Part shown: piece by piece, positions 56,766 through 64,000 of the stretch
Position numbering within the stretch: the first letter of the stretch is position 1
How the letters are laid out: every line of letters starts with the position of its first letter
Virus record (IMG/VR): IMGVR_UViG_3300020036_003099
Span: 1-64,000 of that record
Origin: a virus
Taxonomy: Duplodnaviria; Caudoviricetes
Direction: 5' to 3' (one strand)
DNA length: 64,000 bases
Notes under the pieces: model-generated
The model's database searches: none
What the model saw: only the letters and a program-made list of their open reading frames with translations
Told to the model about the DNA's origin: nothing
Translations under genes and position numbers: made by a program

Positions 56766-57116
56766 GTGCAACATCTTACCCCGCGCCAAAGAAGGCGCTA
56801 TCTAAAGAAACAAAACTACCGCTCATTCCTTGACTCATTAGTTTGTCAGATCTGCGGTCACGATAAACCCCATCACATAGAGCTTCATCACTTAGATCCA
56901 ACTTCTAAGGAAGCCAACGTATCCAGACGAATTAACCAGTGCCAATCAGATGTCGCTATCATAACTGAGATTGAAAAGTGCGCTGCTTTGTGTTCTTATT
57001 GCCACAAGGATGTTCATAAGGGATTGCACAGCGATAAAATATTAGAACCGTTAAACTATATCGGTGTAGCACAGGGACAGTGCGCGGGTCTCCAAAACCT
57101 TGAGACGTTGGTTTGA
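56766..57116 (+). CDS. HNH homing endonuclease in tRNA cluster
   Basis: CQICG...IELHHLDP..KEANVS...EIEKCAALCSYCHKDVH. Confidence 0.85.
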   Translation: MQHLTPRQRRRYLKKQNYRSFLDSLVCQICGHDKPHHIELHHLDPTSKEANVSRRINQCQSDVAIITEIEKCAALCSYCHKDVHKGLHSDKILEPLNYIGVAQGQCAGLQNLETLV

Positions 57117-57134
57117 ATCCAGCCGCCGGTGCCA
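57060..57134 (+). tRNA. tRNA-Trp(CCA)
   Basis: ATCGGTG/CGCCGGT acceptor, loop CTCCAAA, G73, CCA; overlaps 3' end of HNH ORF. Confidence 0.85.
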
Positions 57135-57139
57135 ATTAT

Positions 57140-57216
57140 TCTCACTAGCCGAACAAGGCGGACGGAGCTGACTGTTAATCAGCGTATGCAAGGTTCGATT
57201 CCTTGAGTGAGAACCA
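57140..57216 (+). tRNA. tRNA-Asn(GTT)
   Basis: TCTCACT/AGTGAGA acceptor, GCTGA-CTGTTAA-TCAGC, CAAGG-TTCGATT-CCTTG, CCA. Confidence 0.88.
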
Positions 57217-57221
57217 ACTAC

Positions 57222-57295
57222 GACTACATCGTTCAGTGACAGGACCTGGGATTGTCTATCCTAAGACCGGAGTTTGATTCTCCGTGTAGTCGCCA
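57222..57295 (+). tRNA. tRNA-Asp(GTC)
   Basis: GACTACA/TGTAGTC acceptor, G73, CCA; loop TTGTCTA. Confidence 0.85.
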
Positions 57296-57383
57296 ATTAA
57301 TTAGGGAACCCCTTAGGACCTTCTTAAGTTAGTCCTAACGAGTCCTCTAAACTCACACACACCCTTCGACTCGAAACTTAAAC

Positions 57384-57453
57384 CCCCGTAGGTTCCTCAA
57401 CGCCCACAATGCCTAAGCATTCTGAGCAAAAGGTTGCCTACGGGGATTTTTTT
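57384..57453 (+). terminator. Terminator-like hairpin after tRNA cluster
   Basis: CCCCGTAGG/CCTACGGGG stem with large loop, followed by ATTTTTTT. Confidence 0.55.
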
Positions 57454-57477
57454 AGGTAAGCTTAAGGGGTACGCAGA

Positions 57478-58248
57478 GTGCTTCATCTCTTGGCAAAACA
57501 AAAGAACAAACCTTCCCGCAAAGCCGTTACCGGCAAAACTCTCAACCAAGCCCAACTCATTGCTTGTATTAACAAATACCCTACTACTGTCGTAACTGGA
57601 CCAGCTGGCTCAGGTAAAACCTTTATCACCGCTTCAAGGGCTGCAGAAATGCTCCTGGAAGGTAAGGTGACTAAGATTGTAGTGACACGACCCACAGTCC
57701 CCACAGGGCGCTCCTTAGGGTACTTCCCTGGGTCACTTGAGGAAAAGATGGCCCCTTGGACAATCCCCATCATGGAGGTCTTACAAAGCGTCCTAGGCGG
57801 TGCTTTTGAATGTCAGTTAAAACTAGGAAACATCGAGGTGGTCCCCTTTGAGACCATCAGGGGTCGATCCTTTAAGGATACCTTCGTTATTCTAGATGAA
57901 GGTCAAAACGCTACGTACGACGAGCTGAAGGCCCTTCTTACACGGTCTGGCGAGAACTGCACCACGGTGATCAACGGGGACATCTCACAGAGTGACCTAA
58001 GGGGGACCAATGGACTCTACGAAGTCAGTCGTATAATCGCCAAGCAGCCGTGTTTAGCCGAGATGTGCGCGACTGTACAATTCACCAAAGATGACATTGT
58101 GAGATCGAAGATCTGTCGTTTGTTTGTGGAAGCGTTTGAGGACTACGAGAAAGAGTTGGATGAGTTACAGAATATATTCGATAACCAAGAATCCTTACCG
58201 GCGTTCCTCGTAGATGCGCAGTTAAACACCGGCGTTAAAATTAAGTAG
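57478..58248 (+). CDS. phoH: PhoH family ATPase
   Basis: GPAGSGKT, LGYFPGSLEEK, RGRSF, ILDEGQN, GDISQSDL, DIVRS. Confidence 0.92.
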   Translation: MLHLLAKQKNKPSRKAVTGKTLNQAQLIACINKYPTTVVTGPAGSGKTFITASRAAEMLLEGKVTKIVVTRPTVPTGRSLGYFPGSLEEKMAPWTIPIMEVLQSVLGGAFECQLKLGNIEVVPFETIRGRSFKDTFVILDEGQNATYDELKALLTRSGENCTTVINGDISQSDLRGTNGLYEVSRIIAKQPCLAEMCATVQFTKDDIVRSKICRLFVEAFEDYEKELDELQNIFDNQESLPAFLVDAQLNTGVKIK

Positions 58249-58422
58249 GTAAAACAATGAAGTCTATCGTAAAAACCCCAGCCACCATAAGGGAAGTCCG
58301 CTATGTGCTTAAACCAGCTTTTGACCGGTTCGCGTTTCAAAAGGGGAAAGCGGGAGCAAACAGTCTTTGTAAGGCTTGGTCTACCGCCGTTTCCAAAAAC
58401 AAAAGAGCTCAGCAAGAGACAC

Positions 58423-58662
58423 CTACCTTACGAAATCATTACTGTCCTTAACTTGACGTAAAGTCTTATCGGTTAATATATCACACCCCTCGAAATTCTC
58501 AAGGGGCTTCTTGGCGTTTCCGTTAGCTTTTGCTACAGCCCAGGTGAATGTACAAGGGGAAACAAGGATACGCTTAGGGCTCCTTGCGGGCATCGTCACG
58601 GAGCAACTCGCTAAGAATATCATCAGTAGACTTGGCAAGATTATCTTTTTCAATTTGTTCAA
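58423..58662 (-). CDS. Putative outer-membrane spanin (Rz1-like lipoprotein)
   Basis: Lipobox LLMIFLASC; overlaps upstream membrane ORF; lysis module. Confidence 0.55.
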   Translation of the reverse strand: MNKLKKIILPSLLMIFLASCSVTMPARSPKRILVSPCTFTWAVAKANGNAKKPLENFEGCDILTDKTLRQVKDSNDFVR

Positions 58663-58795
58663 AATCTTTAGCGTCCTTTAACGCCTTATCTTTTAGGTCG
58701 TTAACAACTTTGTTTTTACCAGCAAAATAAGCCATCAGGGGTACTGACAGCTTATCGAGTAGAATCTTTAACACTTCTAAAAGGAAGCTTAGCAA
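58574..58795 (-). CDS. Putative inner-membrane spanin (Rz-like)
   Basis: N-terminal hydrophobic segment then charged coil; lysis module. Confidence 0.5.
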   Translation of the reverse strand: MLSFLLEVLKILLDKLSVPLMAYFAGKNKVVNDLKDKALKDAKDFEQIEKDNLAKSTDDILSELLRDDARKEP

Positions 58796-58800
58796 AGGAG

Positions 58801-58977
58801 CTATGCTTTCGGTTTAGTGTCGGCTATCGCCTGGAGAATGGCCTCAAGAACTTTATCGTCTATTTTATTTTCTGTTTTAGCTACCAGATCTTTGATTTTA
58901 CCCAAAGCCAGTGTTACGACAGAGCCCAAAGCTGCAGCGATGGCCGCAACGATTTCTACGGAGAGATTATCCAGCAT
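58801..58977 (-). CDS. Putative holin (58 aa)
   Basis: Below cutoff; MLDNLSVEIVAAIAAALGSVVTLALGKIKDLVAKTENKIDDKVL; follows endolysin. Confidence 0.5.
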   Translation of the reverse strand: MLDNLSVEIVAAIAAALGSVVTLALGKIKDLVAKTENKIDDKVLEAILQAIADTKPKA

Positions 58978-59662
58978 TTATATTGTTTTCCTTTTCTATC
59001 GAGGTTAGACGATTCATCCAACCTTTGAGGGAACCCCCGTGGGTCTTAGGGTCTTTCTTAGCGAGATCCTTAAGGAATTCCTTTCTTTCGTTTAAGTAGG
59101 CTTTCTTCAACTCTGAAGAACCAAACTTTTTAATGTACAAATTAACTTTACCTAAAGTCTCGGGTCCGAGGGAACCATCTACGGGGGCTCCAACGATTTT
59201 CTGCAAACCCTTTACGGCTTTCACAGGGCCTGAGTTCACACTGTAGTCAAAAGCCAAATGTTGGATATCTTCTGGGAGAGCGTTCAAACCAGGCTTTTCG
59301 TAGTATTTGACTTTATACAGCTTCTTAGCGTCTTCAGGCGTGAGATCCTTAAGGGTTTCCTCAGTATAACCCAGTTGGCGCAACTCTTTTTTGTTGTCTC
59401 GCCAAGTCACACCACGCATAGTGGGGCCACCTTGATCTACAGTAAAGCCACCTTCCAAACCTAAAGTTTTGTCTGCAAAATCATCGAAAGTCAAAGACGT
59501 AGGGTTTCCCAGATACTTGTTTAAAATAGAACGGTAATCAATAGAGCCTGTGTCGGAATCCTGAAGGGTTTGAGAGGGGGCCTTAGGGGTTTCTGTTTGA
59601 GCTTTGTCGAAATAAGCTTTAAAAATATCCTGAAGCACAGGGTCGTCTATTTTATTCGTCAT
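58967..59662 (-). CDS. Endolysin, glycoside hydrolase family 108 with peptidoglycan-binding domain
   Basis: LEGGF..DQGGPTMRGVT, FDYSVNSGP, LQKIVGAPVDGSLGPETL, GWMNRL; ATG 59662. Confidence 0.88.
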   Translation of the reverse strand: MTNKIDDPVLQDIFKAYFDKAQTETPKAPSQTLQDSDTGSIDYRSILNKYLGNPTSLTFDDFADKTLGLEGGFTVDQGGPTMRGVTWRDNKKELRQLGYTEETLKDLTPEDAKKLYKVKYYEKPGLNALPEDIQHLAFDYSVNSGPVKAVKGLQKIVGAPVDGSLGPETLGKVNLYIKKFGSSELKKAYLNERKEFLKDLAKKDPKTHGGSLKGWMNRLTSIEKENNINAG

Positions 59663-59855
59663 TATCTGTTTCTTCCAAGTCGAAAGTAAGCTCCAGAATT
59701 TCTTCAACACCGGCATTATCATTGGCTTGTTCAACTACTAAACGGATCTCAAAACTGTCGTCTTGAATGAAAGCAGAGACCAGGTGTTGGATGTAAAGGT
59801 CGAAGTCAACAACGTTTGTATCTAGATAATAAGAGGGGTACTTTTTAATGAACAC
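59652..59855 (-). CDS. Hypothetical acidic protein
   Basis: Operon ORF. Confidence 0.5.
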   Translation of the reverse strand: MFIKKYPSYYLDTNVVDFDLYIQHLVSAFIQDDSFEIRLVVEQANDNAGVEEILELTFDLEETDNDE

Positions 59856-59885
59856 TTTAGAGCCTCCTAGGATACGTTGTAGAGG

Positions 59886-60044
59886 TTACTTACAGACTTT
59901 ACCGCCCTTCCTGTAACCACCGTTAGTGGGTACCTTAGCGCCTTTAGGGACTTTCTTTTTAGAGGCTTCCCCATCTTTAATCATCTTGTCTGAAGGGATG
60001 TTAACGGGTTTTTCTTTAGGCTTCTCAGGGGTTTTCTTAGCCAT
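59886..60044 (-). CDS. Small Lys-rich protein (52 aa)
   Basis: Below cutoff; MAKKTPEKPKEK...GYRKGGKVCK. Confidence 0.55.
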   Translation of the reverse strand: MAKKTPEKPKEKPVNIPSDKMIKDGEASKKKVPKGAKVPTNGGYRKGGKVCK

Positions 60045-60048
60045 GTAT

Positions 60049-60252
60049 CTATTTCTTCTTTTTATTAAAGGCTGCTACGCCTTTCTTATCTGCGGCCATA
60101 TCTTTCTTAGAGCCTTCTTTCCCGTGGGCACCCTTGGCGTCTGCCTTAGCGTCCTTAGGGGAGTTTTCCCATTTGTTTAAAGTCATTTTTTTCTTTTTAG
60201 CCATTGAGGGTGTACCTACTTGTTTACCTATGGAAGACCTAGAGATTGTCAT
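60049..60252 (-). CDS. Small basic protein with capsid-like N-terminus
   Basis: MTISRSSIGKQ start; very Lys-rich. Confidence 0.6.
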   Translation of the reverse strand: MTISRSSIGKQVGTPSMAKKKKMTLNKWENSPKDAKADAKGAHGKEGSKKDMAADKKGVAAFNKKKK

Positions 60253-60506
60253 TAGATGGTCTTGCCTGATTTGTTTCGTTTGCCTCTGTTGGCTTTTTTA
60301 GTTTCCATTTTGAGGTTTGATTTTGAGTTATTTCTAGGATTAGAATCCTGGTGTCCGACATCTTTACCGTCACCCTTGTGGGCTTTACCGGCTTTGACCA
60401 TTTCGGCACGAGCCTTGTTCCTAGCCGCTCGGTTTTTAATTTGCTCAGGCTTACCTTGGTACTCTTTATAGTGCTTTTTCAGCTGTTCTTTAGTTCTATT
60501 AGGCAT
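60252..60506 (-). CDS. Basic HNH-like protein
   Basis: GDGKDVGH.D.NPRNNSKSNL......NR degenerate HNH motif. Confidence 0.6.
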   Translation of the reverse strand: MPNRTKEQLKKHYKEYQGKPEQIKNRAARNKARAEMVKAGKAHKGDGKDVGHQDSNPRNNSKSNLKMETKKANRGKRNKSGKTI

Positions 60507-60514
60507 CTTGACGA

Positions 60515-61558
60515 CTATTCTACAGGGTCAGGATCTACTGAAGGAAGGGTTACAGATCTCTTTTGGACCTCCCCTAGGGTTTCCTTTTTGGGCACTTTGG
60601 TTTTGAAAAAGCTGGTAAAACTAAAGTCCCTTTGGGGTCTTGTCATGTTGGAAAACAAATGTCCTACTAATCCATCATCGTACACCTGGTACTTGATATC
60701 AAAATGTGGGGAAGAGAAAAGATTTTCAAAATCCTGGGCTTGAGCCATAAGCTCCCCTGTGGTGTAGAACTTTTTAAAAGCGGCAATTTTGATAACAGTG
60801 TTTTCAGGCATAGCCTCAGAAGTTTCTTGGACTTTGTCTTCCAGGAAAGCCTTGTCAGCCTCCGATAACTGCGTTAAAGGAAGCTCTACGGGAATGTACT
60901 TCTTTCTGTCTTTTTTGTCTCTCTCCAGCAACTGTGCTGGTGTAGGGTTATGGATACAGGAGTCAAAACCCACCAAGGTGATGTCGCGTATGCCCAAGGC
61001 GTGAGCTATGGCTACACAGCGAGTCCCACTGGAAGTTCCCCCTGAGATAATAGGTTCTTTAATCATGTGTGCGAATTCTTTTATGGCTTCCACTTCAGTG
61101 TGCCAGCCCATAACCCTAGCACCGTTATCCATCAAGTATTTCGCGTAGCCTGGGTTAGCCATTGAGGCAACCAGGAAGATGGTTTTAGGGGGAATGGTTT
61201 CAAACAAAGAAGCGCGGTTAACCCCGTGGGTGCTTTCACCGTTAAAGTCACGACCATCCAGAATGACACAGAAATCTGGCTCGATACCCATAGCTACCAA
61301 CCTAGGCAGTGAGTGCTTGACGCAAAAAAGAATGAAAGGACGACTGGGGTTGGCCATTCGCTCCTTTAGATTCAACTCTGTTGCGTACTTCTCTAAAGAA
61401 GGACCTGCAGAACAGATGATGGCTTCGTAGCCGTTAGGGTAAAACATACGATCAAACCAGGTGGGAATAGTTTGCAGGTTCTCTTTAATGTTGTTCACGG
61501 TGTCTTCTTTGGAGACAGCTAAAACAGCGTTGACTTTAACAGGTAGAAAATTAGTCAT
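60515..61558 (-). CDS. Maf/DUF115 (MptE-like) putative glycosyltransferase-related protein
   Basis: AIICSAGPSL, GIEPDFCVILD, FLVASMANP, GGTSSGTR, LGIRDITLVGFDS. Confidence 0.7.
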   Translation of the reverse strand: MTNFLPVKVNAVLAVSKEDTVNNIKENLQTIPTWFDRMFYPNGYEAIICSAGPSLEKYATELNLKERMANPSRPFILFCVKHSLPRLVAMGIEPDFCVILDGRDFNGESTHGVNRASLFETIPPKTIFLVASMANPGYAKYLMDNGARVMGWHTEVEAIKEFAHMIKEPIISGGTSSGTRCVAIAHALGIRDITLVGFDSCIHNPTPAQLLERDKKDRKKYIPVELPLTQLSEADKAFLEDKVQETSEAMPENTVIKIAAFKKFYTTGELMAQAQDFENLFSSPHFDIKYQVYDDGLVGHLFSNMTRPQRDFSFTSFFKTKVPKKETLGEVQKRSVTLPSVDPDPVE

Positions 61559-62174
61559 GTGGGTTAATTACCGATGTGTCGTATCTGGTATCGGGTTTAA
61601 TGGCCTCGATACGGAAGTCCCTAGAGGGACCCATGTGGGTTACCGGTGCAGCTTCTCGTATACGTGTAAAGCCACAACGTTCTAGAACAGGTGCCAAGGT
61701 TTGGAAAGTCCAACCCCAGCGGTGAATCATGTAAGGTCTATTTTCAAATTGCTCACCGTAGAGACCCATGAGACCCAAACGGTCAATCATCTTTAAGTCC
61801 CTGGAAGTGTGAAGTTGTAGAATGTTAATAGCGCATTTAACAACATCTGGCATTTCAAAGGCCACCGAACCTCCTGGCTTTAAGATCCTAAGCCACTCTT
61901 TAAGGGTTTTGTCTAAATCATAAACCGGTATGTGCTCTATGACATGCGAGGAAAATATGTGATCAGCGTAGTCGTCAGGTAAGTCAATAGCTCTTAAATC
62001 CGACTCTAGAAAATAAGGGTATTTGTGGGCTTGTTTATTAGGGATATCTTCAACGGTGCGTGGGTCAACAAGTTTAAGGTTAACCTCAGGGGCTACAATG
62101 TCTACGTTGATCCATTGCTGCATGATGTCGGAACCTTTAATTTTGTTTCCACAGCCGAGGTTTAGGTTAAGCAT
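61551..62174 (-). CDS. Class I SAM-dependent methyltransferase
   Basis: LNLGCG, WINVD, D.I.SSHVIEH, WLRILKPGG. Confidence 0.88.
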   Translation of the reverse strand: MLNLNLGCGNKIKGSDIMQQWINVDIVAPEVNLKLVDPRTVEDIPNKQAHKYPYFLESDLRAIDLPDDYADHIFSSHVIEHIPVYDLDKTLKEWLRILKPGGSVAFEMPDVVKCAINILQLHTSRDLKMIDRLGLMGLYGEQFENRPYMIHRWGWTFQTLAPVLERCGFTRIREAAPVTHMGPSRDFRIEAIKPDTRYDTSVINPHD

Positions 62175-63081
62175 AATCTTTAATTTTTCCTAGTTGTTTA
62201 AATACGTCGAGCCATTTGTCGAGAATAATTTGGTCAGAGTGATGTCTGTCTATGTATGAGTAAGATAAGTTTGTGCAAGACACGTCAGCCAACGAGGTCA
62301 CTGTATAGTCAAGGCAATCTTTAAAGTCTTTTCCTATGACGCCTACAGTGTTTACGAACAAGTGTAAGTGTCCATAGATATCAGTGTTGTCTACAATAAC
62401 CTTGCAACCAGCATTCAACGCGTCCAAGGCTCTGTTGGGTGATTTACACTTGGATTTTTCGTCTAGCTTGGTGGGAATAAGCACGATGTTAAAGTCAGCT
62501 ATCATGGATTCAACTACACCTACACCCCACTTTACATAGTCGATGTTCGGATGGTTTAGTTGTGCATCACAAACAGCCGTAATACGGTAAGGGCACTCAT
62601 TGGCCCATTTCAATAAAGGTAAAGCGTTCGATTGGTGCCCGAACCAAAGGATTTTAGGCTCACTGTAATCTTTGTTCTCAGGTTTAATCCTGGGGAAAGT
62701 CACAGGGTCAGGGATGATGACTGCTAGTTTTCCCGTTTGTTCGTAAATCCTTGTTTGCATGTTTTCAGTGTTACAAACAATAACATCAACCCTTTCACAC
62801 ATATCCCGGTAATAATCCCCTTCCGGTCTATCGAAGTAATCGTCACAAATATCAAAAACAGTGGAATAGCCAAAATCTTCGGCAGAAGCAACAGAAAGAA
62901 AATTACCACTGCGGTCAAAGTGCTTAGAAAAGATGTTAACGTCACTGTCTGGATTTGCCTTTCTATCGGTTGTTGCCGCGATGTTATCAGTGTATTTGTT
63001 TAAAAGCTCTACTGGTTTCAAGCAGCGGTATCTATGAGACGCTAAATGGGAGCCCGCTTGGGAGACAAAAGTGACTTTCAT
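62167..63081 (-). CDS. Putative GT-B glycosyltransferase
   Basis: ASHRYR, VFDICDDYF, ILWFGH.SN, IVLIP...KSPNR..DA..AG..VI. Confidence 0.7.
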   Translation of the reverse strand: MKVTFVSQAGSHLASHRYRCLKPVELLNKYTDNIAATTDRKANPDSDVNIFSKHFDRSGNFLSVASAEDFGYSTVFDICDDYFDRPEGDYYRDMCERVDVIVCNTENMQTRIYEQTGKLAVIIPDPVTFPRIKPENKDYSEPKILWFGHQSNALPLLKWANECPYRITAVCDAQLNHPNIDYVKWGVGVVESMIADFNIVLIPTKLDEKSKCKSPNRALDALNAGCKVIVDNTDIYGHLHLFVNTVGVIGKDFKDCLDYTVTSLADVSCTNLSYSYIDRHHSDQIILDKWLDVFKQLGKIKDYA

Positions 63082-63890
63082 TAAAACTCGCTGTCTATCA
63101 GTTTACAGGCGTCAAAGCGAATGTTGTAAACAACGGAGCGTAGGAAATCTTCGTATTCGCTTAACCACATTTCTGCGTGTAGGCAATCCCGCATGTGGGG
63201 GAACCAGGGACCTCCGTTTGTGTAGTGCAAAGCTTTAATCCTTTCTTTAGCCAGGTGATTCTCAGAGTGACCCGCCACAAAGTGCCAATCCTCAGGCAAC
63301 CCTTCAACTTCTGTGGGTTTTAACCAAGAAAACTGATGGAGGTTTCGCCCAGTTTCAAAACGGACCAAATCAACAAAATCTACACTCTTATTCGAATCAG
63401 AAGTCATTTCTAAAACAAACATAGCTGACCAAAGCTTCTTGTTGTATTGCTCCTGTTTCATACCATCCATTTTAATGGTGTTCTCGGGTTTGTAATCGTG
63501 TTTTACGCACCAAAGAGCGGAGGTGGAAGTTCTGTGCTGTTCAATATACTCGAACATCTTCCCTATGTCGGTAGTCCAAATAAAGTCACAGTCAACAAAC
63601 ATTACCAAGTCGCTCTTTGTAGGATCTTCTAGACGTTTCCAAAGCTCGCCGATTAAGAACCTGGTGTGGGAGAATTGCGTAGAGAAAGGTCTACCGTCTA
63701 CCAGATCAACGTACTGACCGTTGGCTTCTATTTTCCACTCTCGCGTAAACAAGCCTTGTGAACGAAGATCCCTGTGACAAAGCTTGTGGACTTTAATAGG
63801 AACTTTAGCGTATTTCTGAAGGGTAAATTTGGCGACTTGGTAAGCGGTAGGTTCGCGCTCATCAAATCCTACGTATATGTGATAAGTCAT
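63081..63890 (-). CDS. GT-A (GT8-like) glycosyltransferase
   Basis: IYVGFDERE, STQFSHTRFL, FVDCDF (DxD), VKHDY.P, KKLWSA, LHQFSWL, LHYTNGGPWF. Confidence 0.8.
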   Translation of the reverse strand: MTYHIYVGFDEREPTAYQVAKFTLQKYAKVPIKVHKLCHRDLRSQGLFTREWKIEANGQYVDLVDGRPFSTQFSHTRFLIGELWKRLEDPTKSDLVMFVDCDFIWTTDIGKMFEYIEQHRTSTSALWCVKHDYKPENTIKMDGMKQEQYNKKLWSAMFVLEMTSDSNKSVDFVDLVRFETGRNLHQFSWLKPTEVEGLPEDWHFVAGHSENHLAKERIKALHYTNGGPWFPHMRDCLHAEMWLSEYEDFLRSVVYNIRFDACKLIDSEF

Positions 63891-64000
63891 TTTAGATTGA
63901 GGTTTACAGACAGCGGGGAGCTATCGAGAGTCGTAAACCAAAGTATGCGGGGTAGGCGCTAAGAAGTCAAGGAATTCTTGGTTAAAATCTTCTGTTTAAA

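Noticed and set aside
58257-58451. Plus-strand 64-aa ORF after phoH
   Set aside because: No motif, and it overlaps the convergent lysis ORF; could be real but is unsupported
1-64000. Genome-wide stop-codon reassignment suggested by two in-frame stops and tRNA-Trp
   Set aside because: All large genes are open under the standard code, TGA/TAG/TAA all end genes normally, and there is no suppressor anticodon
1-64000. Prophage or temperate element; T7-like phage RNA polymerase
   Set aside because: No integrase, repressor, host genes or RNA polymerase are visible in the window (the rest of the genome is not seen)

Overview
A 64-kb segment of a lytic dsDNA tailed phage, probably podovirus-like, with T7-type primase-helicase, family A polymerase, SSB and endonuclease I. 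No RNA polymerase or integrase is visible, and transcription appears to use host sigma70-type promoters. The minus strand from ~18 kb leftward carries packaging and virion genes (terS, terL, portal, GroES, scaffold, major capsid, tail). The plus strand from ~18.9 to 58.3 kb carries early, anti-defence, replication and nucleotide-metabolism genes plus 5 tRNAs. The minus strand from 64 kb to ~58.4 kb carries a glycosyl/methyltransferase cluster and lysis genes. A tmRNA-type tag (ANDNSFTEVRLAA), a GGCAGUG T-loop and a CtrA-like box suggest an alphaproteobacterial host (inference). Two RNA systems missed by the ORF track stand out. (1) A tmRNA is split in an unusual way: a self-contained 73-nt alanyl tRNA-like domain (G3-U70, CCA), then a separately promoted, start-codon-less tag reading frame. 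(2) Four Y-RNA-like hairpins share a CAGCA motif. Three display anticodon stem-loops (Leu-CAG, Glu-UUC, Thr-UGU), one of them inside a circularly permuted tRNA mimic. They sit between a promoter and a TROVE/Ro60-like vWA (DUF2828-type) gene, a candidate anticodon-nuclease decoy RNP. Other counter-defence genes are a NARP1-like Prs + NAMPT pair, ArdC, a Lar-like protein, rIIA/rIIB, an RNA ligase and vWA + TerD. All family assignments come from motif recognition by eye; no database searches were run.
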